64,000 bases of DNA from Candidatus Danuiimicrobium aquiferis (lineage in GTDB: Bacteria > Omnitrophota > Omnitrophia > Omnitrophales > Danuiimicrobiaceae). The position numbers and the translations under genes were made by a program. This document shows positions 42,105 through 51,195 of this stretch, in pieces. The stretch covers positions 79,857 through 143,856 of the forward strand of contig MHFR01000053.1 in assembly GCA_001804285.1 (NCBI GenBank), given 5' to 3'. The notes below the pieces were generated by a model that was not told the DNA's origin, searched no databases, and saw only the letters and a list, made by a program, of their open reading frames with translations. Each line of letters opens with the position of its first letter. Positions within the stretch are counted from its first letter, which is position 1.

Positions 42105-43142
42105 TTATATATCGTCATGAGCCTCCACAATCTGCGCACAAATAAAATTTGTTCCATTAATTGATTCTTTTTGAATTTTTTCGCCGATTCCCTTCCAATG
42201 GATAACATCCTTTGCTTTAAGAATTTCTTCGGCGCAAACGACGGCTTTTGTCAGCTCATCCAGCGTATACCAATGAACGATTTCCCATTTTTCGCTTTGT
42301 TCCTTTGTATAACCGCGCTTAATTCTTGGATAAACAAAAACACTGGGAACGCCTAAAACAGCCGCTTCGGAACACATCGTGCTGCTTTCGCCAAAAACCA
42401 AAGACGCAAATGCGATTGCATCATGAACACGAAAATATGGTAGCGGAAATTTGTATTGCCTGATACCGTCGACTAAACCGCTTTCATCGGTAACAAAAAC
42501 CTTGCCGTATTTTAAAAGCGTCTGAATGACTTGCCTTTTTTGCGCGGCGGTCAACCCATGATAGCCCCAATCATGCCCAGCGCCCCATTTCACAAAACGG
42601 ACAATGCTGTATTTCTCGTCCGGCCTGACACCAAGTTCTTCCCGCACTTTTGAATCAGCACTGAACAAGTCCCTGTGCAAATAAGCCAGCGAATGATACC
42701 CCGCATATCTCACTTCTCTCTCAACCGGCTTGCTGAGATAACAATCGGGAACGCAAATTCTGGTCGCGAAGGGATACGTCAACATATTGGATAAGCTGTC
42801 GTTTTCCGTATCATAAAAAACCACCGTCGGCACATTCATTAATTTCCCCAGTAACGCAATAAACGGGCCCGCGCACGCCGTCATGACGTCAGGCTTAAAT
42901 TCGCGCACAATATGATATAACCAGATTTTCCGTTTTAGAAGAAGCGCTATCTTGCCAAGCAAACTTTCAGGAAATGCGCCGAAGAATTTCATGTCAATTT
43001 TATATTCCAACGCCAAATTCCGTAAAATATCCTTGTCGCGCCCCGTAATGCAAAGTACATGGCCTGCTTTTGAAAGTTTGGTTATCACATGCCTGTAGAA
43101 ATGAAGATATGCAGGATGGGTAATGTCAATGAGGATTCGCAT
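42105..43142 (-). CDS. DUF354-family protein (GT-B-like, polysaccharide-cluster associated)
   Basis: N-terminus MRILIDITHPAYLHFYRHVITKLSKAGHVLCITGRD matches the conserved DUF354 start as I recall it. Confidence 0.55.
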   Translation of the reverse strand: MRILIDITHPAYLHFYRHVITKLSKAGHVLCITGRDKDILRNLALEYKIDMKFFGAFPESLLGKIALLLKRKIWLYHIVREFKPDVMTACAGPFIALLGKLMNVPTVVFYDTENDSLSNMLTYPFATRICVPDCYLSKPVEREVRYAGYHSLAYLHRDLFSADSKVREELGVRPDEKYSIVRFVKWGAGHDWGYHGLTAAQKRQVIQTLLKYGKVFVTDESGLVDGIRQYKFPLPYFRVHDAIAFASLVFGESSTMCSEAAVLGVPSVFVYPRIKRGYTKEQSEKWEIVHWYTLDELTKAVVCAEEILKAKDVIHWKGIGEKIQKESINGTNFICAQIVEAHDDI

Positions 43143-44146
43143 CAGGGCTGTTCGTAATCACGATTATTTTTCTCTATCGAATCTTTGCGAAGCAAATAAA
43201 GAATCCGTTCGTTCATAATCCGTTGCCGGTGCATCATGTCGGCCGACAATCCAATCGTAAAAATAATTAGGCCGCATCCCAGCAAAAATCCACCCGAAAA
43301 GCCGGCCCATTTATGCGGTGAAAAATCACCTACTTTTAGATAGTGTATGAACAAAAACATTAAGAGCGCAAGTCCAACCGAAAAACAACCAAACGCTAAC
43401 GTCCCAAAAACGGTTAACGGCTGGTAATCCCGAAATGTTCTGATAATAAAGCCTCCTGTCCGCATCGCATATCTAAAAACACTGGAAGCCATCCGGCTAT
43501 CCCCGAATTCTCTCACGCCTCGTACTTTTAGAGGAACTTCCAAAATTCGAAATCCTTTAAACGCTAAGTCTAAAAATGTTTCCTGCGTATATGTAAAATT
43601 TCCAATGAGATTCAAATTTAACAAAGCTTCTCGCGAGTAAGCACGAAAACCGCACGATACATCTCTAAATTTTTTCCCGGTTAAGAATCCGAGAATTTGT
43701 GCAACCCGTCGATTCCCCCATTTTTTGACAAGCGGCATCTGCGGCGTCAGTGCCGGATCCAAAAACCGGGAAGCCGTTACGCAATCAGCTTCATTTCTAA
43801 GAATCGGCTCAACCAATCTGGAAATATCTTCAGAATTAAATTGCCCGTCTCCGTCAATATTCACAACTATATCAGCCCCCATTTGAAGGGCGTAATCAAT
43901 TCCAAGGGCAAACGCCCTTCCCAACCCGCGATTCGTCGAATTTCTCAAAACTACCGCTCCGGCATCGCGCGCGCACCCGGCAGTGTGATCTGTTGATCCA
44001 TCATCAACAACAAGAACCTTAATTTCTGATATTTTTTCGATTTGGGACGGAATGGCCGAAATAACCTTTTGAATAGTCGCTTCTTCATTCAAACACGGGA
44101 TTATGACAACTAATTTTGAAAATGTTGCATTCATCGCTTCGTCCAC
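43142..44146 (-). CDS. GT2 polyprenol-phosphate glycosyltransferase (DPM1/ArnC-like) with C-terminal TM helices
   Basis: LVVIIPCLNEEATI, VDDGSTD and VNIDGDGQF (DxD), plus two C-terminal TM helices. Confidence 0.8.
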   Translation of the reverse strand: MDEAMNATFSKLVVIIPCLNEEATIQKVISAIPSQIEKISEIKVLVVDDGSTDHTAGCARDAGAVVLRNSTNRGLGRAFALGIDYALQMGADIVVNIDGDGQFNSEDISRLVEPILRNEADCVTASRFLDPALTPQMPLVKKWGNRRVAQILGFLTGKKFRDVSCGFRAYSREALLNLNLIGNFTYTQETFLDLAFKGFRILEVPLKVRGVREFGDSRMASSVFRYAMRTGGFIIRTFRDYQPLTVFGTLAFGCFSVGLALLMFLFIHYLKVGDFSPHKWAGFSGGFLLGCGLIIFTIGLSADMMHRQRIMNERILYLLRKDSIEKNNRDYEQP

Positions 44147-44263
44147 GGTTTAGCATCCATAAAAAAATACTGAAAAGAACATACAAAAGTGTTTTTTGTC
44201 GACAAAATTAAATATATAATCTTCCAAGAAACGGCACATAAGTCTTTATGTATTTGAGTGCAT

Positions 44264-44354
44264 GTCATTCCCGCAAGCTTCTAGCGGGAATCTAAGAACC
44301 ATTTTCGCCACCATTCGTGGCTGAGATTCCCGACAAAGGCATTCGGGAATGACA
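44264..44354. repeat. MITE-like element GTCATTCCCGCAAGCTTCTAGCGGGAATC...GAGATTCCCGACAAAGGCATTCGGGAATGACAG
   Basis: Family with GTCAT/ATGAC termini. This is the first repeat copy after about 10 kb of repeat-free sequence. Confidence 0.75.
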
Positions 44355-44383
44355 GCAAAGCGAAATATCAAAAGGCTTTTGAA

Positions 44384-46411
44384 TTGCTACTTTTCAGCTT
44401 TCCTGATTTTAGATTATTATATCAACAAAACAGGATCGATATGTCAAGAAAACTTAATTGGTTGTCCGATAAATTTTTGTACATCATAAATACTTACTCC
44501 CCTTTAATTATCGGCTTTTCAATTCTTCTTGCTTATCAAAATTCTTTTTTTGTACCATTTATCTTCGATGATGATAAATGTATTATCAATAATCCCCATA
44601 TCCGGCACCTATGGCCTCTATGGGAAGCCCTGTCGCGGCCCTTCTGGTTTAACGAAACACGCGTCCAAGTTATGGCAGAACGGCCTATTATCAGTTTGAC
44701 GCTTGCGGTCAATTATGCCTTTGGCAAACTGAATCCTTGGGGATACCACTTACTTAATTTATTGATTCATACAACAGCGGGGTTATTGATGTATGGGAGC
44801 GTTTGGCGCACATTAATTCTGCCGATATTTAAAAATAAATTTGAAGGCTATGAAAAATTGATCGCTTTTTCTATCGCTTTATTATGGAGCTTGCATCCTC
44901 TCCAAACGCAAAGTGTCATTTACATTATTCAACGTTGTGAATCTCTAATGGGGCTTTTTTATATCGCGACAGTCTATTTTTTAATCAAAGGATTTCAATT
45001 AAACAACCGGATTTATTACTTTTTATCCATTTGCTCTTGTTATTTGGGAATGGGAAGTAAAGAAGTCATGGTGACAGCCCCTCTGATGGCAGTAATATAT
45101 GACAAATCTTTCCTTTCATCTACATGGAAAGGACTAATTAAAAAAAGATGGTTATATTATCTCGGGCTCTGTTCAGCTTGGATTTTGTTATATTTCGTAT
45201 CAGTTAAAAGATTTTTCATTCAGCCTTTTCTTGAATATAATTTCGTATCCAGAGCCCCCGATCCAATCTCTCCCATCTCTTATGCGCTCACCCAAACACA
45301 AGTCATCCTTCATTACATCCGTCTTTCTATTTTCCCCCGCGGCTTGACTTTTGATTATCATTGGCCGGTTGTCAAGTCAGCATGGGAGGCCTTCCCTCAT
45401 ATAATTATTATTATTTCTTTACTCATGCTCTGTTTATGGCTTTTATTAATCCGTTCCAAATTAGCTTTCTTGGTTATTTGGTTTTTTCTGATTCTTGGGC
45501 CGACATCAAGCTTCCGGCCAATCTCATCAACCGCATTTGAACACCGCATGTATTTGCCTTTATTTAGCATTGTTGCTTTTTTTGCGCTATTGCTAAATAT
45601 ATTCTGCAAACGTATTTCACTTAAATACCAAAATCGCAAGGAGATAAAACTTCTCCTTTTTTTCGCTATCACGACTATACTCGCATTGTCATTAGGGATG
45701 TTGACGTACAATCGGAATGAAATTTATTCCAGCGAATTTTTGCTGTGGAAAGACGCCACGGAAAAAAGCCCAAACAACTCTCGCGCCTTATATAATGCCG
45801 GATACTTTTTTTATCAGAAAACAGGCGATACAGATAAAGCTATTGGATATGCCGAAAAAGCAATAGCGATTGAACCTTTCTATGTCGAAGCTATGAATTT
45901 TCTTGGATCTATTTATACTTTATTGGGCGACTTTAGCAAGGCCGAATCCCATTTACAAAAAGCATTGGAAATAGAACCGTTAAATTCCCAAATCATGATC
46001 AATCTGGGAATATTAAAACAAAAACAAAGCAAGCCGGAAGACGCCCTGATGCTTTTCCAAAATGCTGCAAAAGTGAGTCCTTACTTGCCCGTCGCACGAA
46101 TTTATTTAGGAAGGGCCTATGAAATGAAAAATGATGATGTTGGCGCTCGTGAGCAATACGAAACAGCGAGCCGCCTTGATCCGGAATCAGATATCCCGCA
46201 CATCTATCTTGGTATGCTATTTGAAAAACAAAACAAGATAAAAGAGGCTATTGATGAACATACTAAAGCCCTTGAAATAAACCCTAAAGGCGACATGGCG
46301 CATGAAAAACTTGGAATGTTATTTTTAAACGCCGATCAAACCGAAAAAAACAGCTTGAATAACACCTTAAAACGATCAACCCAAAAAACCGATTCGTCAG
46401 AAATACTATAA
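44384..46411 (+). CDS. Polytopic membrane protein with C-terminal TPR repeats (TMTC/PMT-like GT-C glycosyltransferase candidate)
   Basis: About 12 TM helices with a luminal FIFDDD motif, and a C-terminal 200 aa of TPR units. An alternative start is M at 44441. Confidence 0.6.
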   Translation: MLLFSFPDFRLLYQQNRIDMSRKLNWLSDKFLYIINTYSPLIIGFSILLAYQNSFFVPFIFDDDKCIINNPHIRHLWPLWEALSRPFWFNETRVQVMAERPIISLTLAVNYAFGKLNPWGYHLLNLLIHTTAGLLMYGSVWRTLILPIFKNKFEGYEKLIAFSIALLWSLHPLQTQSVIYIIQRCESLMGLFYIATVYFLIKGFQLNNRIYYFLSICSCYLGMGSKEVMVTAPLMAVIYDKSFLSSTWKGLIKKRWLYYLGLCSAWILLYFVSVKRFFIQPFLEYNFVSRAPDPISPISYALTQTQVILHYIRLSIFPRGLTFDYHWPVVKSAWEAFPHIIIIISLLMLCLWLLLIRSKLAFLVIWFFLILGPTSSFRPISSTAFEHRMYLPLFSIVAFFALLLNIFCKRISLKYQNRKEIKLLLFFAITTILALSLGMLTYNRNEIYSSEFLLWKDATEKSPNNSRALYNAGYFFYQKTGDTDKAIGYAEKAIAIEPFYVEAMNFLGSIYTLLGDFSKAESHLQKALEIEPLNSQIMINLGILKQKQSKPEDALMLFQNAAKVSPYLPVARIYLGRAYEMKNDDVGAREQYETASRLDPESDIPHIYLGMLFEKQNKIKEAIDEHTKALEINPKGDMAHEKLGMLFLNADQTEKNSLNNTLKRSTQKTDSSEIL

Positions 46412-46420
46412 AGCTTTATT

Positions 46421-46460
46421 TATAAAAAAACAGGCGCGGGATTTTCTCCCGCGCCTGTCT
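46421..46460. terminator. Bidirectional rho-independent terminator between convergent genes
   Basis: AAAAAAA-CAGGCGCGGGA-TTTTC-TCCCGCGCCTG is a perfect 11-bp stem. A T-run follows on the minus strand (the pilin side) and an A-run precedes on the plus strand. Confidence 0.7.
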
Positions 46461-46494
46461 GCTTCAAAAAACCTATTCTCTATCCACTCTAATA

Positions 46495-47004
46495 TCAAAC
46501 AGGAATGCACTGGGCCGGCGTATTGCTTGACCTTAAGTATTTCGTACCGTCACAATCAAAGGTTCCACTATTTAATCCTAGCTGAACCTTGGCATCATTA
46601 TAAATTCCGCCAGCTGGATCTACTCTTGTTGCTTCACAATAGTTTTCAGCACTTGCCTGTCCTGTAAACGTACGTGTACCAACAGGACATAAATAACTAA
46701 ATCTTGCACTGCTAGGCAATCCTTGCAAACCCAATGTTCTCCATTGGGTAGGGATAGCGCCACCAGTCCCACCAGGTGCAACAGCTCCTGCCCATGTTGC
46801 ATAGGCACCACCACTCTGAGAATCCGCAAATGTTTGTTGCGCACGTCGAAGAACCCCTAGATATTGAACCCCTTCCGCAACAATTGCTTTCTCAGGTTGC
46901 GACATTAGACGAGGTAAAATTAGAGCTGCTAAAATACCGATGATCACTACGACAATCAAGATTTCAACGAGTGTGAAACCTTTTTTGTTTTTGAATGATT
47001 TCAT
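46495..47004 (-). CDS. Type IV pilin / pseudopilin (prepilin-type N-terminal methylation domain)
   Basis: MKSFKNKKGFTLVEILIVVVIIGILAALILP has the class III signal with a G-F cleavage site and E+5. AGGAGGA RBS. Confidence 0.85.
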   Translation of the reverse strand: MKSFKNKKGFTLVEILIVVVIIGILAALILPRLMSQPEKAIVAEGVQYLGVLRRAQQTFADSQSGGAYATWAGAVAPGGTGGAIPTQWRTLGLQGLPSSARFSYLCPVGTRTFTGQASAENYCEATRVDPAGGIYNDAKVQLGLNSGTFDCDGTKYLRSSNTPAQCIPV

Positions 47005-47081
47005 TTTATTTTCCTCCTGAGTTATAAGTTAAGTAATGAAGGTTATGAAATAGAAAGTGCGTTTTGGGGGGATATACCACT

Positions 47082-47151
47082 GTCATCCCCGCACGTTTTA
47101 AGTGAGAATCCACGATCAATAGATTCCCGCCTAAAGCTTGCGGGAATGACA
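47082..47151. repeat. MITE-like element GTCATCCCCGCACG...GAGAATCC...AGATTCCCGCCTAAAGCTTGCGGGAATGACAG in the pilin promoter region
   Basis: Same family. Confidence 0.75.
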
Positions 47152-47417
47152 GCTTAGTGAGCCCAAAACGGAGGATTTGATTAGATTAAGAGTAAAATGC
47201 CTTTTCCAATCCATCCTTAAACCGAAAGCCGGCTTCTCCTCCATCTTTCAAAGAACTTCATCGCTTACTGATTTTGCGGTTACGAAGGAAATAAATATTT
47301 ATAAAATCCTCCGAACCACGTTAATAAACTAACTCCAATTTACATCAAAGTCAAATATTAGAAAAACATATTTAGGCTTATTTTACTGTTTAAATATGTC
47401 TTCCCACTTCTTAAATC

Positions 47418-48776
47418 TTAACGCCCGCCCGTAGAAAGATCTAAAATGGGCATAAACATTGAAACGACAATGACTCCAATAATTGCCCCCATAATGACCA
47501 GCATAACAGGTTCTACGGCTGTCGCCAACCTTTGTAATAATGTATCGACTCTTTCTTCATAATATTTAGCGACCACCTCCAGGAAGCGGTCCATTTCTCC
47601 CGCCTCTTCACCGATACTAATGAGCTGCGTCATAAAAACAGGAAAAGTTCTTTTTGATTCCAATTGCCCGCCCAAACCATGCCCGCCCCGGACTCCTTCT
47701 CTTGCAGATAAAATCAAAGCTTCAAGCACGGAATTTTCGACCAATTTCCCTCCGATTGTAAGAGACTGAAGAATCGGGACTCCGGAACGGATCAGCGTTG
47801 TAAATCCCCTGCAAAACCGCGCGACTGCAACTTCAAGATTTAAAGCCCCCACAATTGGTATTCTCAATTTAATTAAATCAAGAATAAATTTTCCTTTAGA
47901 CGTTTTTCCCACCATAACAAAAGAAGCAATAATCGAGGCAACTCCTAACGCAACCGCAACCGTATACTTTCTGAGTATCTCGCTCGCCAAAACCACAAAT
48001 TGAGTAAGCGGTGGCAACACCATGTTTTGAGATTTAAAAATATCCGCAAATTTCGGAACGATCTTAAGCAGCAGAAAAGATAAAGCCGCAGTTGCTAAAA
48101 CGCTTAAAACAATCGGATAAAAAAACGCGGAAATCACCCGACTTTTAAGTTTTGCTGCAGATTCCTGATACCCAGCAATTTCAGAAAGAACTTGCGGAAG
48201 ATTTCCGCCCATTTCACCCACTTCAATCAAATTCTGCCAAATCGGAGGGAACACTTTCGGATATTCACTTAACGCATAGCTTAAACTTAACCCCATGCTT
48301 AAATTTTTAATACACGCCTTAAGGATGTCTTTAAGATAAAGATTGTTAGATCCTTTTTGGATAATTTCAATTGAACGAATAAGCGGAATACCGGCTTTTA
48401 AGAGCGCTGAAAGCTGGACGGCAAATGAAATAAGGTCACGCGTAGATACGTGATAAAATAATGGGGTTAAAAAATTGCTTTTCTTTTTTTTGGTCTTGCC
48501 AAAAGCCGATTGTTCGTTTGATTCAGAATCACCTTTTTCAAGCTCATCAACCTGCGATCTATTTCCAAAACCAAAATAACTAAAAGAGGCTTTACTTTCC
48601 TCCACCGAAACAATCAAATATCCGTCTGCCTGAAGTTTCGCGATCGCATCTTCTTTACTGTTTGCATCAACGGTTATATTCTTAACTTGGGTGGAATTAT
48701 CGCGATCACGCACACGGCACTCGAATTGCTTTTTGTGAGGGCTGCCGTCTGGAAATTTGGGAAATGGAACAGCCAT
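47418..48776 (-). CDS. pilC: Type IV pilus inner-membrane platform protein PilC (GspF family)
   Basis: Two GspF repeats and three TM helices. Confidence 0.8.
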   Translation of the reverse strand: MAVPFPKFPDGSPHKKQFECRVRDRDNSTQVKNITVDANSKEDAIAKLQADGYLIVSVEESKASFSYFGFGNRSQVDELEKGDSESNEQSAFGKTKKKKSNFLTPLFYHVSTRDLISFAVQLSALLKAGIPLIRSIEIIQKGSNNLYLKDILKACIKNLSMGLSLSYALSEYPKVFPPIWQNLIEVGEMGGNLPQVLSEIAGYQESAAKLKSRVISAFFYPIVLSVLATAALSFLLLKIVPKFADIFKSQNMVLPPLTQFVVLASEILRKYTVAVALGVASIIASFVMVGKTSKGKFILDLIKLRIPIVGALNLEVAVARFCRGFTTLIRSGVPILQSLTIGGKLVENSVLEALILSAREGVRGGHGLGGQLESKRTFPVFMTQLISIGEEAGEMDRFLEVVAKYYEERVDTLLQRLATAVEPVMLVIMGAIIGVIVVSMFMPILDLSTGGR

Positions 48777-48808
48777 GGTTTTATTCCTTTATTTCTTATG
48801 CCTAATAA

Positions 48809-50518
48809 TCAATCCACCGCAATACTCAATATTTCCTCAAGCGATGTCACGCCTTCTTCAACCTTCTTAAGGCCGCTCGTAAGCAAAGTAGCGTATCCTT
48901 TTTTGCGCTGTATTTTCCGGATATCATCGGCGCTCGCATTACTTGCAATCATTCTTCTAAACTCTTCGTCTATAGGCAACAGCTCATAGATCGCAACGCG
49001 GCCCCAAAAACCGATATTGCGGCATTCTTTGCAGCCTTTCGCCTGATAAATTCTGTCGACCTTAAACCCATATTCCTTACGCATATAATCGTTCACCGGA
49101 ACGGGCTCTTTACAGGATTCGCATAACATTCTGACAAGCCGCTGGGCCACGAGCAGCACAAGACTGCCGGCTAAAAGATAAGGTTTGATTCCGATATCTA
49201 CCAACCGGTTAATGGCCGTCGGCGCATCATTCGTATGAAGGGTGCTGAACACAAGATGTCCGGTCAGGGAAGCTCGAATACAAATCTCGGCCGTTTCCTG
49301 ATCACGCACTTCTCCCACCAGAATAATATCCGGGTCCTGCCGCAAAAACGCTCTCAGTCCGGTCGCGAAAGTAAGCCCGATATCGGGCTTGACCGGCACC
49401 TGATTAATCCCTCCCATTTGATATTCAACCGGGTCTTCAATGGTCATAATATTCACTTTTGTCGATTTCCGCTTACAAATGGAAGCGTACAACGTGGTAG
49501 ACTTTCCGCTTCCGGTCGGGCCCGTCACAAACACAAGGCCGTAAGGTCTTTTGATGCAATCATTGAAAATCTGGAGTTGATCCTTCTCAAATCCGAGCGC
49601 CTCCAAATCCAGCAGTTCAACACGTTTATCTAAAAGGCGCATGACAATTTTTTCGCCATTAACGGTCGGTACCGTTGAAACGCGAACATCAATTTTCCGC
49701 CCTTTATACCGGAGCTCAAATGATCCGTCCTGGGGGATTCGTTTCTCCGCAATATCGAGTTTGGAAAGAATTTTAATGCGCGACACAATGGCCAAATGAA
49801 ATTGTTTGGGCGGCGGCGGAAGCGCATATAAAATTCCGTCAATCCGGTAACGGATCGCTATTTTTTCTTGAAAAGGCTCAATATGAATATCACTTGCTCG
49901 ATCATCCGCCGCTTTTTTGAGAAGCACATCCACAAGTTTCACCACGGGCGCCTGATCCGCTGCAACCACGAGTGACTCAAGGTCAACAATTTCGCGGTCG
50001 TCTTCCTGAAAATATAACGCCTTCGCCGCATCCAATTCAGAAGAGCTCACCACTTCTTCAAGGCCCGTTGATCCGTAAAATTTTTCAATTGCAGCTCTGA
50101 CGCCATCTTCCGTCGCAAGAACCGGTGTAATGTCACATCCGGTAATCGCACGCAAATTATCGAGCAAAATAATGTCCGGTGGTTTTGCTATCGCAAGTTT
50201 CAGTTGATCGCCCCGCCGCTCGAGCGGAAGAATTAAATGTTCAAGCGCCACATCCCTCGGAACCAGCTCTTTCAGCCGTTGATCCATTTTAGGTTTGAGC
50301 ATTTCAGAAGGCACGAATGCCGCATCGAGCTGCGACGCAAGCGCGAGTTTGAGCTGTACCTCGTTTTGGACAAAACCGAGGCTGAGCAGAAGGCGGCCAA
50401 GCGGTTCTCTGGTTTCTTTTTGTTTTTCAAGCGCGGTTTCAAGCTGGTATTTCGAGATTAACCCCTTGGCAACGAGGAGATTTCCGATCTGAATACTTTT
50501 TTTCATAATTTCATACAC
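48809..50518 (-). CDS. pilB: Type IV pilus assembly ATPase PilB (GspE family)
   Basis: N-terminal GSPII_E_N-like domain, Walker A GPTGSGKSTT, Asp and His boxes, and a CxxC...CxxC tetracysteine. Confidence 0.85.
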   Translation of the reverse strand: MYEIMKKSIQIGNLLVAKGLISKYQLETALEKQKETREPLGRLLLSLGFVQNEVQLKLALASQLDAAFVPSEMLKPKMDQRLKELVPRDVALEHLILPLERRGDQLKLAIAKPPDIILLDNLRAITGCDITPVLATEDGVRAAIEKFYGSTGLEEVVSSSELDAAKALYFQEDDREIVDLESLVVAADQAPVVKLVDVLLKKAADDRASDIHIEPFQEKIAIRYRIDGILYALPPPPKQFHLAIVSRIKILSKLDIAEKRIPQDGSFELRYKGRKIDVRVSTVPTVNGEKIVMRLLDKRVELLDLEALGFEKDQLQIFNDCIKRPYGLVFVTGPTGSGKSTTLYASICKRKSTKVNIMTIEDPVEYQMGGINQVPVKPDIGLTFATGLRAFLRQDPDIILVGEVRDQETAEICIRASLTGHLVFSTLHTNDAPTAINRLVDIGIKPYLLAGSLVLLVAQRLVRMLCESCKEPVPVNDYMRKEYGFKVDRIYQAKGCKECRNIGFWGRVAIYELLPIDEEFRRMIASNASADDIRKIQRKKGYATLLTSGLKKVEEGVTSLEEILSIAVD

Positions 50519-50558
50519 TATTTTTTATGAAGTATGATGTAAGAGGCATGAAATAAGA

Positions 50559-50930
50559 TCAGGAATAATTGCGCCAAGCGCTGTGCAATTTGAACAGTTT
50601 GGCGCCTAACTCCTCATAGCCTCTTAAAAAGCTATCATGCTTCTCTTGTGTTAAGTAATGACAGTCCAATGAAAATAATAACCATGCTTTCGTCTCTTCA
50701 AGTGATCCGATCGCATCGACCAAATGCCGTTTGAAAAGACTTACATATTTTCGTTTTCCCCAGCCTTCGGCTATATTAACAGCAACAGAACGGGATGCCC
50801 GAAGAATTTGATCAACCAAAGAATATTTTTCTTCTTTAGGAAAGATTTTGCTTATTTCAAATATTTTCATCGCTAAATTATGAGCCAGTTGATATACTTC
50901 CAAATCCAAAAATGTTTTAATCGTTTTCAT
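50559..50930 (-). CDS. Four-helix-bundle protein (TIGR02436 / 23S rRNA intervening-sequence protein family)
   Basis: MKTIKTFLDLEVYQLAHNLAMKIFEISKIFPKEEKYSLVDQILRASRSVAVNIAEGWGK matches the characteristic family pattern. Confidence 0.75.
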   Translation of the reverse strand: MKTIKTFLDLEVYQLAHNLAMKIFEISKIFPKEEKYSLVDQILRASRSVAVNIAEGWGKRKYVSLFKRHLVDAIGSLEETKAWLLFSLDCHYLTQEKHDSFLRGYEELGAKLFKLHSAWRNYS

Positions 50931-51195
50931 TATTATTCTAACAGTTATTTTGGACTTTCTGCTTCCTGTTTCTTACTCCTGATTAAAAAGATACATGATG
51001 TTCTTAAGAATTGCTACAGTACGGTTAAAAAAATACAACAATCGTTTTTCTCCGGCGCCTGCTTTCTTCTTTTTAAATATCTTAACCAAGTCTTGAAATA
51101 AAAGGGAACATGCACTCTAAGCACATGTCCCCGCTTTTCTTACTTCATACATCCTGCTTCTTACTTCTATTCAGCCTTTAAGCTTGTACCCCCCC

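Noticed and set aside
47005-47417. Sigma-54 promoter for the pilin gene
   Set aside because: No convincing TGGCAC-N5-TTGC on the minus strand. Only the AGGAGGA RBS is clear.
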